64,000 bases of DNA from assembly GCA_963931495.1 (NCBI GenBank), contig OZ007020.1, positions 573,880-637,879 on the forward strand, read 5' to 3'. This DNA is from an uncultured Alphaproteobacteria bacterium. Lineage in GTDB: Bacteria > Pseudomonadota > Alphaproteobacteria > Rs-D84. The notes beneath the pieces are model-generated. The model ran no database searches. It was given only the letters and a program-made list of their open reading frames with translations, and had not been told where the DNA came from. The position numbers and the translations under genes are program-made. Below are positions 27,852 to 38,868 of this stretch, piece by piece; position 1 is the stretch's first letter, and each line of letters opens with the position of its first letter.

Positions 27852-28805
27852 CTAGCGCGCGACATCGCCGCGTAATTTTTCATGACAGATATAATTTTTT
27901 AACTTAAATCCGCCGTTGGCCGACCAATCCAGCATGCCACGCCAATTATCATCCGGAATTTCAACCGTGGGCAATTTGTATGGCGTGCGCTTTAACTGTT
28001 CCCGAACCTGGGGGATATGATTGGTATAGATATGTGCGTCGTGCAATTCGCCCTTTAATACGCCGGGTTTCAGATTGGCTTCTTTGGCGTATAACAGTAA
28101 CAATAACGCATAACTGGCAATGTTATATGGCACGCCCAAGAACATATCGCATGAACGCTGGGTCCAAATCAATGATACGGTGCCATCCCGTACGACCAGT
28201 TGGTGCATGACATGACATGGTGGCAATGCCATTTGCGGAATTGCCGCCGGATTCCATGCGCTGACCAATATGCGACGGTCGTTTGGATTGTTTTTTAATT
28301 TGTCTATGGCATTTTTTATCTGGTCAATGCCGGGTTTGCGGTGGTTGTAATTATCGGTTGGATCCTTGGCAATACGGATTTCGTCCCATTTATATTCACC
28401 ACCGAAATGACGCCACTGGAACCCATAAATTGGCCCCAGGTCCATTTCTTCGTCCATAATGTCGTTGCGCAGTTTTGTTTGCTGGGCCGGTGTCAGATTA
28501 TAATTGCGTGATACCAGATTGTATTTTTCTTCAACCTTTATCGGATTGGCCCATTCGTCCCAAATGTGACAGTTTCTGTCTTGTAACCACTTTTTATCCG
28601 TGATGCCACGAATAAAGAATTCTAATTCAGTTGCGATGTTTTTTAATCCCATTTTTTTTGTGGTCATTAATGGAAATCCATCTGCCATATTGTGTTCAAA
28701 CACCGCCCCAGATGATAACCCGATATCAGGAATGCCAGTGCGGTTATGGCGGATGTCTTTGCCATTGGTTAATATGTTGTCCAATATGTCCAAGTATGCT
28801 TGCAT
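27852..28805 (-). CDS. thyA: Thymidylate synthase ThyA, long (~317 aa, Lactobacillus casei-type insert) form
   Basis: MQAYLDILDNIL..., RR(I)LVSAWNP, catalytic PPCH, DMFLGVPYNIASYALL motifs; ~50-aa insertion relative to 264-aa E. coli type. Confidence 0.85.
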   Translation of the reverse strand: MQAYLDILDNILTNGKDIRHNRTGIPDIGLSSGAVFEHNMADGFPLMTTKKMGLKNIATELEFFIRGITDKKWLQDRNCHIWDEWANPIKVEEKYNLVSRNYNLTPAQQTKLRNDIMDEEMDLGPIYGFQWRHFGGEYKWDEIRIAKDPTDNYNHRKPGIDQIKNAIDKLKNNPNDRRILVSAWNPAAIPQMALPPCHVMHQLVVRDGTVSLIWTQRSCDMFLGVPYNIASYALLLLLYAKEANLKPGVLKGELHDAHIYTNHIPQVREQLKRTPYKLPTVEIPDDNWRGMLDWSANGGFKLKNYICHEKLRGDVAR

Positions 28806-28861
28806 ATTAATTCACCTTTTTTATGACACACGCGCCATGTGGCGCGTGTGTCAGTTGTTTT

Positions 28862-30184
28862 TTAACGAACGTCAGCCTGTTGGAATAATTCGTTTGGTTT
28901 TACCGCTTTTTCCTTGGTCTTGACGTGGGTTAACATTGCATCCAGTGCTTTGCGTTCAAAAATCATGCCGCGCAACATTGCCAATGCGTTTTGATTTTTG
29001 TTGTAAAAATCAAATACTTGTTGCGGGTTTGGATATCTGGATGCTTCGGCCCAGATGGCGTGTTGTAAATCGTCGCGGGTGACTTCTATCTTGTTCTGGG
29101 TTCCCCATTCGGCCAGTATCAGCCCCAGTTTTACGCGGCGTTCTGCGTCGCGACGTTCTTTTTTGTCATCCCATTTGTGGTCGTGACCGCAATCGCCATC
29201 GCAATTTGCATGTTCGCGGTCGTGTTCTTGTTTGGCCATATTTAATTCTTGTTCAACCAAGTTTTCTGGCAAATCCAGTTTTATTTTATCGGCCAAGATA
29301 TCTAATAATTCATTGCGCATATCACGTTTAGATGCTTCGTCATATTGTTCGTTCAAAATATTGCGAACATGTTCACGTAACTTTTCCACGGATTCATGCC
29401 CAACAGATTTGGCCAAATCGTCATTCAGTTCCGGTAATTTGTGTTTGCGAACTTCGTGAACTTTGACCGCAAAACGTGCATCTTTGCCGGCCAGATTTTC
29501 TGCGTGATAATCAGATGGGAATTTCACGTTTACGTCAAATTCATCGCCAGATTTATGACCAATGATTTGATCTTCAAACCCGGGGATAAATGATCCAGAA
29601 CCTAAAACCAAATGGTGTTTTTCAGCGGCCCCGCCGTCAAATGCATTGTCGCCGATAAAGCCCGTAAAATCAATAACAGCCGTATCCCCATTTTGCGCGG
29701 CGTATTCTGGGGCCTGTTTTTCCGCAATGCTGCGTGATTTGCGGATGTTTTCCAATGACTTTTCAACTTCGGATTCGTCCAATTTTGTCGTCTTTTTCGT
29801 AACGGTGAATTTTTCTAAATCAATTGCCGGTAATGTTGGCAAAATGTCAAATTCCAATGAATATTCCGCATCTTGGCCCACCGCCCATTTTGACAGATCG
29901 GCCTTTGGCGAACCCGCCAGACGAATTTTTTTGTCTGTTATGTATTGATTCAAATCTTGGTTCATTAATTTATCAATTGCTTCGGATAACGCCGATGCGT
30001 TATATTTCTGGCGCAGAATTGACAATGGTATATGCCCCGGGCGAAATCCCGGCATTTTTGCCTTTTTGCCGTATTCAGTTAAAATTTCGTCCGCCATGTT
30101 TTGCAAGTCTGCGGCCGGAATGACGCCAGTTACAGAATAGTGTAAATCTTTGATTTTTTCTTTTTTGAACATTGTTTTCCCCAT
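28862..30184 (-). CDS. tig: Trigger factor
   Basis: 440 aa; N-terminal ribosome-binding region and GFRPGHIP signature. Confidence 0.85.
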   Translation of the reverse strand: MGKTMFKKEKIKDLHYSVTGVIPAADLQNMADEILTEYGKKAKMPGFRPGHIPLSILRQKYNASALSEAIDKLMNQDLNQYITDKKIRLAGSPKADLSKWAVGQDAEYSLEFDILPTLPAIDLEKFTVTKKTTKLDESEVEKSLENIRKSRSIAEKQAPEYAAQNGDTAVIDFTGFIGDNAFDGGAAEKHHLVLGSGSFIPGFEDQIIGHKSGDEFDVNVKFPSDYHAENLAGKDARFAVKVHEVRKHKLPELNDDLAKSVGHESVEKLREHVRNILNEQYDEASKRDMRNELLDILADKIKLDLPENLVEQELNMAKQEHDREHANCDGDCGHDHKWDDKKERRDAERRVKLGLILAEWGTQNKIEVTRDDLQHAIWAEASRYPNPQQVFDFYNKNQNALAMLRGMIFERKALDAMLTHVKTKEKAVKPNELFQQADVR

Positions 30185-30259
30185 TAAAATTATGAATTGC
30201 CGAATGATTATACACAGTTTTTTTATAAACGCAATACACTTTTTTCGTAAAACAAAAAA

Positions 30260-30277
30260 ATCCGCCGGGTGGCGGAT
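30260..30277. terminator. Terminator of rplM-rpsI operon (bidirectional hairpin)
   Basis: atccgcc-gggt-ggcggat flanked by aaaaaaa / tttttt. Confidence 0.7.
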
Positions 30278-30295
30278 TTTTTGTTCGTAACAAAA

Positions 30296-30787
30296 TTAAC
30301 GCTTGCTGAATTGGGTTGAACGACGGGCCTTGTGATGACCAAAATGCTTACGTTCAACAACACGGCTGTCGCGTGTCAAGAATCCGGCCGCTTTTAATGT
30401 CGCGCGCAGTTCCGGTTCTGCTTTTTCCAGTGCCTTGGAAATACCGTGCTTTACGGCACCTGCCTGGCCCGACAGACCGCCGCCAGCAACAATTGCGTGG
30501 ACATCGTATGCGGTGTCGCGCTTTGTAATTCCAAACGGCTGTGCGATAATCATTTGTAATACCGGGCGACGGAAATATTCTGCCATTGGGATTCCGTTAA
30601 CAATAATCTGGCCCTTGCCCGCGATTAAGTACACGCGCGCAACAGAATCTTTACGTTTGCCCGTGGCATATGTTGCGTTTGACAACTTTACATCAGCCAC
30701 CACTTTTTTTGCTGTTGTTTTTACTGGGGCCGCCTTTTTTGTTGTTTTTGCTGCTGGTTTCTTTGCAGTCTTTTTAGTTTCTGTCAT
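30296..30787 (-). CDS. rpsI: 30S ribosomal protein S9 with Lys/Ala/Thr-rich N-terminal extension
   Basis: 163 aa; C-terminal [19 protein letters not shown]...[18 protein letters not shown]. Confidence 0.9.
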   Translation of the reverse strand: MTETKKTAKKPAAKTTKKAAPVKTTAKKVVADVKLSNATYATGKRKDSVARVYLIAGKGQIIVNGIPMAEYFRRPVLQMIIAQPFGITKRDTAYDVHAIVAGGGLSGQAGAVKHGISKALEKAEPELRATLKAAGFLTRDSRVVERKHFGHHKARRSTQFSKR

Positions 30788-31260
30788 TATTCGCCCCTTT
30801 TGTTTTTACGGTTCAGTCCCGCGAAATCAATAACAATTGGATTTTGTGCGGCATGTTTGTGTTCTGGACCCGCATATACGTGCAGTTTGGTCAAACGTTT
30901 GTTCGCCAATGCAACCGCCGTGCGGCGTCCCATCATACGCTTTACCGCGTTGTACACCAGTTTTTCTGGTTTTTCACTGCGCATCTGGCCCAGGGTGCGT
31001 TCCTTGGTGCTGCCGGTCCACAGAGAATGCCAAAAGAATTTGGTTTTGTCCGCCTTTTTCCCAGACAGTGCAACCTTGTCCGCATTGATGATAATAACAT
31101 GGTCGCCGCAATCCATGTTCGGTGTCCATGTCGGCTTGTTCTTGCCGCGCAGAATGTTTGCGGTATATGCCGCCAAACGCCCCAGCGTGCAATCGGTGGC
31201 GTCAATCAGATACCATTTGGCATCTAATTCGCACTTTTTTAACGATTTTGTCGCTGTCAT
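30787..31260 (-). CDS. rplM: 50S ribosomal protein L13
   Basis: 157 aa; [53 protein letters not shown]. Confidence 0.9.
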   Translation of the reverse strand: MTATKSLKKCELDAKWYLIDATDCTLGRLAAYTANILRGKNKPTWTPNMDCGDHVIIINADKVALSGKKADKTKFFWHSLWTGSTKERTLGQMRSEKPEKLVYNAVKRMMGRRTAVALANKRLTKLHVYAGPEHKHAAQNPIVIDFAGLNRKNKRGE

Positions 31261-31371
31261 AGTTTTTTACCTTTTTATTAAATTTTGCGGGGCTATTATG
31301 CCCCAGCCCCGCAGAAAAGTCAAGAAAAATCATTATGGTATTATTATACCGCACTGTTATGTCGGCGAAAA

Positions 31372-33087
31372 TCACATTTCGTCTGGGATTTTTAATCCCA
31401 TTAAATCAATTGTGGCGGCCAATGTGTCGCGCGCAATACGGGCGATTTGTAAACGGTGGGTACGTGTGGCGTCATCCACGTCATCGCGCAAAATTGGGCA
31501 ATTGTGATAAAATGTGTTGACTGATTGACATAAATCATATGCGTAATTTGCGACTAGATCTGTTGCACGATTGTCAAATGCACTTTGTACAGTGCGTTCA
31601 AAATCCAATGTTGCAACCAGCAGATTGCGTTCTTCATCGGTTAAATTTTCAGACCGAAATTCCGTGTTTGCGGTGTCCCCTGCCCGTTTTAATATGCTGT
31701 TCAGGCGAACGGCAGTGTATAAAATGTACGGACCGGTGCGACCTTCAAAACTGGTGACAGAATCTGGGTCAAATATATAGTCAGAACGTAAATCATGCAT
31801 CAAATCGTTAAACTTTAATGCCGCCAGTGCAATTGTATCAATTGTTTCAACGGGTAAATCTTTGCCTGAATCCGCAACGCGTTTCTGGACGGCAGTATTT
31901 ATCATTTCAATTATATCGTTTAATCCAGCGGCGTTTCCGTCACGTGTCTTGAATGGACGGCCATCAGGGCCGTTTATTGTGCCGTATCCGATGTGTTCCA
32001 TGTTTTCTGGGGGAAACAACCCGGTTAATTCAGCCACACGGAATAATTGTTCAAAATGCAGTTTTTGGCGAATATCGGTCAGGTATATAATTTTATCTGG
32101 ATTGTCGGTAATTTTACGATAATACAGTGCCATTATGTCGGTTGCGTCATATGGCACCGCACCACGCGAATTATAAAACATAACCGGTGGCATCGGTGCG
32201 GTGTCGGTATCTTTTTTTACAACAATAACCTGGGCGCCATCACTTTCAACCAATAAATTTTTTTCGCGCAATAATTTTTCAACTGGTTCAATATACTTTG
32301 CCGCGTTACGTTCGCCCAAATTGCGGTCAAATGGCATGATATTTAACCGTTCCACGGTTTTCATCATTGATTCCATAGATACAGGCAAAAATACGTTATA
32401 CAGTGCGTTATATCCCGGGTGTCCACGCTGTAATTCCGCGGTGATTATGCGCGCATCATCCATGAATTGTTCATCTGATTTTGCCAATGCCGCGGCGGCG
32501 GGATAATATGTATCTAATTCGTCGGCCGACATTGCATATTTGCTGTAATCAGCATCAGGATTAAAATCGGGTTGAAAAAATGGCCAATCTGGATGATTCC
32601 GCTTTATCCATGCGATAACCAGCCCCATGGAACGCCCCCAGTCCCCCATGTGATTGTATGATATTGTTTTGTGGCCGATATATTTCGCAATGCGGTTTAA
32701 TGTATCGCCAACAATTGACGTACGCAGATGGCCAATGTGTAAAGATTTTGCCACATTATATGAACCATAGTCCATGTCTATTACCAGCGGGGAATCTGTT
32801 TTGATATTGTGCGGTTCGTTGGCACTGTGACAGATAAAATCGTCCCGTAATTTTATGTTGATAAATCCAGGCCCAGCAACCGATACATCAGAAATAAAGT
32901 CCAGTTCGCGTAATTTTGGTAATATCTCTTCGGCCAATGCGCGTGGGTTTTTGCCCACAGATTTTGCCATTACCATGGCGGCGTTTGTTGAAAAGTCGCC
33001 ATGTTCACGATTACGTGGAACTTCCAAATTTGCCGAAAAACCCAATTTATCGTTTATTGATTCAGAAACGTATTTATATAAATTCAT
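31372..33087 (-). CDS. argS: Arginine--tRNA ligase
   Basis: 571 aa; HIGHLRTSIVGDTL (HIGH), DALR anticodon-binding C-terminus ending ...DEM. Confidence 0.88.
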   Translation of the reverse strand: MNLYKYVSESINDKLGFSANLEVPRNREHGDFSTNAAMVMAKSVGKNPRALAEEILPKLRELDFISDVSVAGPGFINIKLRDDFICHSANEPHNIKTDSPLVIDMDYGSYNVAKSLHIGHLRTSIVGDTLNRIAKYIGHKTISYNHMGDWGRSMGLVIAWIKRNHPDWPFFQPDFNPDADYSKYAMSADELDTYYPAAAALAKSDEQFMDDARIITAELQRGHPGYNALYNVFLPVSMESMMKTVERLNIMPFDRNLGERNAAKYIEPVEKLLREKNLLVESDGAQVIVVKKDTDTAPMPPVMFYNSRGAVPYDATDIMALYYRKITDNPDKIIYLTDIRQKLHFEQLFRVAELTGLFPPENMEHIGYGTINGPDGRPFKTRDGNAAGLNDIIEMINTAVQKRVADSGKDLPVETIDTIALAALKFNDLMHDLRSDYIFDPDSVTSFEGRTGPYILYTAVRLNSILKRAGDTANTEFRSENLTDEERNLLVATLDFERTVQSAFDNRATDLVANYAYDLCQSVNTFYHNCPILRDDVDDATRTHRLQIARIARDTLAATIDLMGLKIPDEM

Positions 33088-33108
33088 TTTTGTGTCCGTA
33101 ATTGATTG

Positions 33109-34431
33109 CTATATTGGTAAAACAATTCGTACTTTTAATCCACCCAGGTCACTGTTTTCCAAAAATAACTGGCCACCATGATTTTCAATGGCGGTTTGGG
33201 CAATAGACAGCCCCAGGCCAGTACCGCCGGTTTTGTCACTGCGTGCGTCGTCCAATCGTACAAATGGGCGCAGTGCATCGCGCTTTTTATCGTTTGGAAT
33301 TCCAGGGCCGTCATCTTCAATTATAATTTCTATTTGATCAGTGGTGTCTTTTTCCGTGATGCGTATTGTTTTATTGGCATATCGTGCGGCATTTTCAATG
33401 ATGTTGCCAAACGCACGTGCCAGCGCCATCGGACGCGCATAAAATTGTGCCGGTTCGTCTGGGAAATCTGTTTCAATGTTTTTATCTGGGGCCGCGTCAC
33501 GCGCCAGACGTATTAACATCGCGGGCAATTCTGTTGCTTGTTCAATTTCAGGCATTTCGCCACGCGCAAAAGACAGGTATCCGTTCACCATTTCTGTCAT
33601 TCTGTCAATGTCGCGCAGCAAATCTTGTTTTGTTGCCCCATCTGTCTCAACCGCCAACCGCATGCGGGTCAGTGGCGCTTTCAGGTCATGACTGACCGCG
33701 TTCAGCATATCACTGCGTGTGCGATTATAACGATTCAAGCGTTCTTTCATTGTAATCATTGCGGCGGCCGCTTCGCGGATTTCTTTGGAACCGCTGGGTT
33801 CAAATCCGGGTGCGTCCAGCCCACGACCAAAGCGACTGGCGGCCTTGGCAATTCGGCGTATGCTGCGCGTGTGCATGATAATGAACGGCGTAATTAGTAT
33901 TGATACAATCAAGATAGAGCCAATCAACCATATAATAAATACTTCTGTACTGGTGGAATAAATGCGGTACAGCGATGTGCCAAATGTCGCAATCTGATTA
34001 TCTTTGGTTGGTACGTCAACGAATACCAAGCGTTTGGCTTTATCAATATATATCTGGGCCGGACGCTTTAACCGACCGGACAGTTCGGTCGCCAATAACC
34101 CAGCTTCACGGGAAGAATTGTTGTTTTTGCTGGGGCGATTAAGTTTCGGGTTTACAGATATGTTTATGCCCATGTCGCGTGCCATTGTTTGCGCGGTTTG
34201 GATATCGCCATTGTCCATAAAATTCATCATTGTGGTGATTTCAACCGCCAAACTGCGCGCCAGTGTCGCATGAACGCGCTTCCAATGGTTACCAAAAAAC
34301 GCATTGGCAATTATAACCTCTGCCACTATCAGGGGTATCAGTATCATTAAAATTGTACGCCATAAAAAACTGCGTGGTGTCAATCTCATATTAATCCTGT
34401 TTTGTTGCGTTTGCGGGTGTGGATGTGTCAA
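33109..34431 (-). CDS. Sensor histidine kinase (ChvG/EnvZ-like), two TM segments
   Basis: 440 aa; H-box AVSHDLKAPLTRMRL; N, G1 (IIEDDGPGIP), G2 (GGTGLGLSIA) boxes. Confidence 0.8.
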   Translation of the reverse strand: MTHPHPQTQQNRINMRLTPRSFLWRTILMILIPLIVAEVIIANAFFGNHWKRVHATLARSLAVEITTMMNFMDNGDIQTAQTMARDMGINISVNPKLNRPSKNNNSSREAGLLATELSGRLKRPAQIYIDKAKRLVFVDVPTKDNQIATFGTSLYRIYSTSTEVFIIWLIGSILIVSILITPFIIMHTRSIRRIAKAASRFGRGLDAPGFEPSGSKEIREAAAAMITMKERLNRYNRTRSDMLNAVSHDLKAPLTRMRLAVETDGATKQDLLRDIDRMTEMVNGYLSFARGEMPEIEQATELPAMLIRLARDAAPDKNIETDFPDEPAQFYARPMALARAFGNIIENAARYANKTIRITEKDTTDQIEIIIEDDGPGIPNDKKRDALRPFVRLDDARSDKTGGTGLGLSIAQTAIENHGGQLFLENSDLGGLKVRIVLPI

Positions 34432-35056
34432 TTAATTTGTATCCATGTCCACGAACGGTAATAATATCTATGTTTGATAATACAATATTTAATTTGTTAC
34501 GCAAGCGTTTTGCAACCATCGGTGCCGCCGGCGCAATATTGCCAACCGGATGGGTTAATTTTTTCAGTAATTTTTTTTCTTCCCCAGACAAGGCCAATAA
34601 TTTTGGTTGCTGGTTTGCAGCATGTGTATCAACAATAAAAAATTCGTTATCTGTATAAATCATGCCGCCAGGCATGCGAACGTTTGAAGTTTTGGTCGTT
34701 TTAATGATGTTGTTCAGCCGCAGAACCAGTTCGCGTAACTGGAATGGTTTCGCCAAATAATCATTTGCACCACCCGCCAGTCCGTCAATCGTGTTTTCTG
34801 GACCCGTCATCGCCGTCAGCATAATAACCGGCGTCGTGTCACCATGTGTGCGCATCTGTTTCAAAAATGTTAAGCCATCCATTCCACCCATCATGCGGTC
34901 CAGCACAATGGCATCAATACTGGTGCGGGATAATGTCGCGGTTCCTGATTCTGCGTCGTTGGCCGTGATTACATTAAATCCTTCGTTACGTAATCCGCGC
35001 GCCAGTGTGTTGCGCAAAACATCGTCATCGTCAATGATTAAAACAGTTCTGTTCAT
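34391..35056 (-). CDS. OmpR-family response regulator (ChvI-like)
   Basis: 221 aa; receiver LIIDDDDVLRNTL...VIMLTAM; winged-helix C-terminus; overlaps kinase gene start by 41 nt. Confidence 0.85.
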   Translation of the reverse strand: MNRTVLIIDDDDVLRNTLARGLRNEGFNVITANDAESGTATLSRTSIDAIVLDRMMGGMDGLTFLKQMRTHGDTTPVIMLTAMTGPENTIDGLAGGANDYLAKPFQLRELVLRLNNIIKTTKTSNVRMPGGMIYTDNEFFIVDTHAANQQPKLLALSGEEKKLLKKLTHPVGNIAPAAPMVAKRLRNKLNIVLSNIDIITVRGHGYKLIDTSTPANATKQD

Positions 35057-35102
35057 TATGAAATTTTGTTGTTCTGGTTCGGAATTATATAGTGTTCCAG
35101 AA

Positions 35103-36029
35103 TTATTTTTTCAATGGTTCAACCGCATATTCGCCCGGCTGGATTGTCATCATGGCGTTGTTTGCGCCCATGACATCATCTTCGCCAGTAACCGCCGCAC
35201 GAAATTGCATGCCACCGGTTGTGAATTCTGTTTTGAATAATGCGTATCCGGTGCCGCCACCTGTTGTTGGACCCTGCATCCCCAGGGAATAATAGCCCCC
35301 GATAATGCCATAGTCCAAATCAATATAATCAACACTGACCATTAATGAAACATTGCTTAATCCATCGCTGGTCATGTTGCACGTGAATTCACGATTGGAC
35401 AAAGTGGCCTGGGAATTAACAGGTACAACAATGTCCATGATTGTTGGTTCGCACTGACGATCAATGCCATTTACCAAAAATTCATATGTCATACCAACAG
35501 TGGCCTTGGACAATCCGGTTGATAAATTAACCTGGGATATTGTTGCCTTGGGTATTTTAACCAGGGCATTTGCAATACCACTGCGTACCGGGAAAGATAT
35601 TCCAGATTGCAAACAGTCACGTGAAAACGGGTCGGCTTCACATATATACAACCGTGAATGTGCGTTAACCATGAACATATTTGCCAAACTGTTAAATAAA
35701 AATGTCCGGGTTATACGGTCGTTTAACCGTGTGCATCCGAAATTACGGCATATAATCATGGGGCGATTTGCGAACATTACCCCCGGATGCATTTCGGATT
35801 CCATCTGGCGTGCCATTTCAATGTTGTTGTCGTAATCCAGACTGTCTGCACGATTCATGAATTCTGTTTCCGGAATAAAATTCGGATCATCAGGATATGC
35901 ATAATAAGATTGTACCGGTGTTTCCGTGTATATCGTTTGGAAATTGTCATATACAATTTCGTCTGTTGCCGCATTCGCGTTAAGCGCAACCAAACATGCA
36001 AAAACAGCCGTTAAAATAAATCTTGCCAT
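35103..36029 (-). CDS. Secreted protein, unknown function
   Basis: 308 aa; signal peptide MARFILTAVFACLVALNANA; immediately upstream (same strand) of the two-component pair. Confidence 0.55.
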   Translation of the reverse strand: MARFILTAVFACLVALNANAATDEIVYDNFQTIYTETPVQSYYAYPDDPNFIPETEFMNRADSLDYDNNIEMARQMESEMHPGVMFANRPMIICRNFGCTRLNDRITRTFLFNSLANMFMVNAHSRLYICEADPFSRDCLQSGISFPVRSGIANALVKIPKATISQVNLSTGLSKATVGMTYEFLVNGIDRQCEPTIMDIVVPVNSQATLSNREFTCNMTSDGLSNVSLMVSVDYIDLDYGIIGGYYSLGMQGPTTGGGTGYALFKTEFTTGGMQFRAAVTGEDDVMGANNAMMTIQPGEYAVEPLKK

Positions 36030-36181
36030 AATATATGCCCTTTTCTCTCTGATAAATCTTAAAACATTTGCGCCCGCCGTGTCAAAGCAAAAATTTATGT
36101 TGAAAAACAGATATAGTTTAGAGTATAAATACTTAACAGAATCTGATAAATATTGGTAATTTTTTTTAAGGCGGTGAAAGA

Positions 36182-36841
36182 ATGGTTGATATTATGATTG
36201 CCGGTGAAGCCGGAAAATTACATGCGGTGTATCATAAATCTGATACGCCCGCCGCGCCGTTGGCGGTTATTTTGTCGGGAAATCCACGTCAAAAGTATCA
36301 TATGAACGATCGTGTGTCATATGCGATGTTTCGGGCGTTTATGGATATTGGTTTTTCTGTGGTGCGATTTAATTATCGCGGCGTGAATTATTCCGAAGGT
36401 GCAATTGGAACCACGTCTGAAAATCTGTTGGATATTGCAACGGTTATTGACTGGATTCAAAATAAGAACGAAGACAGTGACAGAATATGGTTGGCGGGGA
36501 ATCAACTGGGGGCGTGGTATGTGTTACAGGCCATGATGCGTCGTCCCGAAGTGTCGGGATTTGCGTTGGTGTCGCCAGACCCGGCGGTCGCAGATTTCGC
36601 GTTTTTGTCACCACGTCCAAATCGTGGGCTGTTGCTGCAAGGTGCGGCGGAATCTGATGATGCCAAGGCGTTCGCAACACACTTGACCCAAATTTTGAAA
36701 AAACAGGCACAAATTGATTTGGAAACAATTCGTATCAAAAATGCGGATGAATATTATTCACAACCGGCTGATTTGCGCCAGATGTATAATGATTTAAAGG
36801 CATATGTCGGACGCGAAAATGCGGATGACAAACTGTTGTAA
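36182..36841 (+). CDS. Alpha/beta-fold hydrolase (esterase-like)
   Basis: 219 aa; nucleophile elbow [11 protein letters not shown] (GxSxG-like with Gln), compact alpha/beta topology. Confidence 0.55.
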   Translation: MVDIMIAGEAGKLHAVYHKSDTPAAPLAVILSGNPRQKYHMNDRVSYAMFRAFMDIGFSVVRFNYRGVNYSEGAIGTTSENLLDIATVIDWIQNKNEDSDRIWLAGNQLGAWYVLQAMMRRPEVSGFALVSPDPAVADFAFLSPRPNRGLLLQGAAESDDAKAFATHLTQILKKQAQIDLETIRIKNADEYYSQPADLRQMYNDLKAYVGRENADDKLL

Positions 36842-36852
36842 TTACAATTCAA

Positions 36853-37842
36853 ATGCAAAATACAGACAGATTTTTAGACCCAAACGTACCAGATGAAATG
36901 GCGGCGAATATCCGGCCACATTTGTTGGCAGATTTTATCGGTCATGATGCGCTGAAACAGAATTTGTCTGTATTTATTTCAGGCGCAAAATCACGTGGCG
37001 AAGCCATGGATCATGTGTTGCTGTATGGGCCACCGGGACTGGGCAAAACGACACTGGCGCACATCGTTGCAAATGAACTGGGGACAAATTTTCGTGCGAC
37101 GTCGGCCCCGATGCTGACCAAGCAAGGCGATTTGGCGGCAATATTGACCGCGTTGGAACCAATGGACGTTTTGTTTATTGATGAAATACATCGTCTGCCA
37201 ACGGCCATAGAAGAAGTTTTGTATTCGGCAATGGAAGACTTTAAGCTGGATATCATGTTGGGCGAAGGGCCGTCGGCGAAAAGTGTGCGAATTGACCTGC
37301 CGCCGTTTACATTGGTGGGGGCGACAACGCGGACGGGGTTGTTATCTAATCCGTTGCGTGACAGGTTTGGAATTGATTTGCGATTGTCTTTTTATCCGTC
37401 AGATGATTTGGCGCGCATAGTTATGCGCAGTGCAAAAATACTGGGTACGCCGATTGATTCTGGGGGGGCGAATATGTTGGCACGCAGTGCACGTGGAACA
37501 CCACGTATCGCAAATCGTTTGTTGAAACGTGCGCGTGACTTTGCGGCGGCGTTGGGCCAGAATGAGATTTCGGCCAATACAATAAAAACGACATTGGCAC
37601 AGTTGCGTATTGATGAATCTGGCCTGGACGAGATTGATCGTGAATACATGAATGCAATTGTGCGGCATTATGCAGGTGGCCCGGTCGGAATTGAAAATCT
37701 GGCGGCGGCATTGTCTGAACCGGCCGATACCATAGAAGATGTAATTGAACCATATTTGATGCAGTTGGGATTTATTCAACGGACCCCGCGTGGACGTATT
37801 GTGACAGATGCTGGTTATGCGCATTTGGGATTAGAGAAATAA
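36853..37842 (+). CDS. ruvB: Holliday junction ATP-dependent DNA helicase RuvB
   Basis: 329 aa; Walker [15 protein letters not shown], Walker [10 protein letters not shown], RuvB winged-helix C-term. Confidence 0.9.
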   Translation: MQNTDRFLDPNVPDEMAANIRPHLLADFIGHDALKQNLSVFISGAKSRGEAMDHVLLYGPPGLGKTTLAHIVANELGTNFRATSAPMLTKQGDLAAILTALEPMDVLFIDEIHRLPTAIEEVLYSAMEDFKLDIMLGEGPSAKSVRIDLPPFTLVGATTRTGLLSNPLRDRFGIDLRLSFYPSDDLARIVMRSAKILGTPIDSGGANMLARSARGTPRIANRLLKRARDFAAALGQNEISANTIKTTLAQLRIDESGLDEIDREYMNAIVRHYAGGPVGIENLAAALSEPADTIEDVIEPYLMQLGFIQRTPRGRIVTDAGYAHLGLEK

Positions 37843-37848
37843 TTAATC

Positions 37849-38460
37849 ATGGAAAATTTAGTTGATTTTTTTGCAATCGCGGAAAAATTAGAATGCGAAT
37901 ACAGATTGACGCGGATGTCTGATGGCGCACAACAGTCTGTTGCATCGCATTCGTGGAATATGACAGTAATGGCAATTGTTTTACGGCCATATCTGACGCA
38001 TCCGGTAAATATGGAACGCGTTATGAAAATGTGTGCACTGCATGATTTGCCAGAGGCGATTACGCATGATGTCCCATTACATGAACAAACGTCAGATGTG
38101 CGTGCAAAAAAACATGCCCAGGAATCTGTGGCGGTTTCACAGATTACAAATTTGTTACACAATGATGATATTTGTAATGTTTTGGACGAATACGAAGAAC
38201 GCAAATCACGCGAAGCGCGATTGGTCAAAGCCATAGATGTTTTGGATACTGCTGTTCAACATTTGTGTGCAGCGGATTTGAAATATGTTTCTGAATACGA
38301 TAATAATTTTTATTGGAAGTTGTTTTTTTCAGATAAAATGGCAACTGGGTTTGACTTTGAACCTGTGTTGCGTGGCGTATTTGATGAAATTCGCCGGCGG
38401 GTGTCCATGCGGATGAAAAATGAACTGGGGATTGATTCAAGCATATTTATGGGGAAATAA
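37849..38460 (+). CDS. HD-domain phosphohydrolase (YfbR-like 5'-deoxynucleotidase family)
   Basis: 203 aa; H...HD...D metal motif (VASHSWNM ... CALHDLPEAITHDVP). Confidence 0.65.
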   Translation: MENLVDFFAIAEKLECEYRLTRMSDGAQQSVASHSWNMTVMAIVLRPYLTHPVNMERVMKMCALHDLPEAITHDVPLHEQTSDVRAKKHAQESVAVSQITNLLHNDDICNVLDEYEERKSREARLVKAIDVLDTAVQHLCAADLKYVSEYDNNFYWKLFFSDKMATGFDFEPVLRGVFDEIRRRVSMRMKNELGIDSSIFMGK

Positions 38461-38462
38461 AA

Positions 38463-38840
38463 ATGAAGACATATACTTTTCCGTTCGCAATTGCGTATGC
38501 GGACACAGATGCCGGTGGAATTGCGTATCATGGGGCGTATATTGAAATCGCTGAACGGGCGCGCATGAATATATTGCGTGGAATAAAATTCCCAGATGGC
38601 GACATTGGGTTTGTTGTACGTGATTTGAATATTCGCTATGTTCGGCCGTTGTTTCTGGGTGATGAATTTGTTGTTGAAACAACAGTGACAAAATTTGGGG
38701 CGGCATCAATGTCTGTGGAACAAAAGTTCGTGAAAAATGGTGAAATTTGTGCTATACTGTCGGGGACAGCGGCGTACATTGGTGCAAATATGATGCCACG
38801 GCGCATACCAAATGATGTGGCGGCACCATTCATGGAATAG
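38463..38840 (+). CDS. ybgC: Tol-Pal-associated acyl-CoA thioesterase YbgC (hotdog fold)
   Basis: 125 aa; AYADTDAGGIAYHGAYIEIAERAR 4HBT motif; directly upstream of tolQ. Confidence 0.8.
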   Translation: MKTYTFPFAIAYADTDAGGIAYHGAYIEIAERARMNILRGIKFPDGDIGFVVRDLNIRYVRPLFLGDEFVVETTVTKFGAASMSVEQKFVKNGEICAILSGTAAYIGANMMPRRIPNDVAAPFME

Positions 38841-38868
38841 TTAAATATAATATAAAGGAAGGAATAAT

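Noticed and set aside
37399-37824. 141-aa and 110-aa minus-strand ORFs inside ruvB
   Set aside because: Antisense to ruvB; Cys/Arg/His-rich reverse-frame artefacts.
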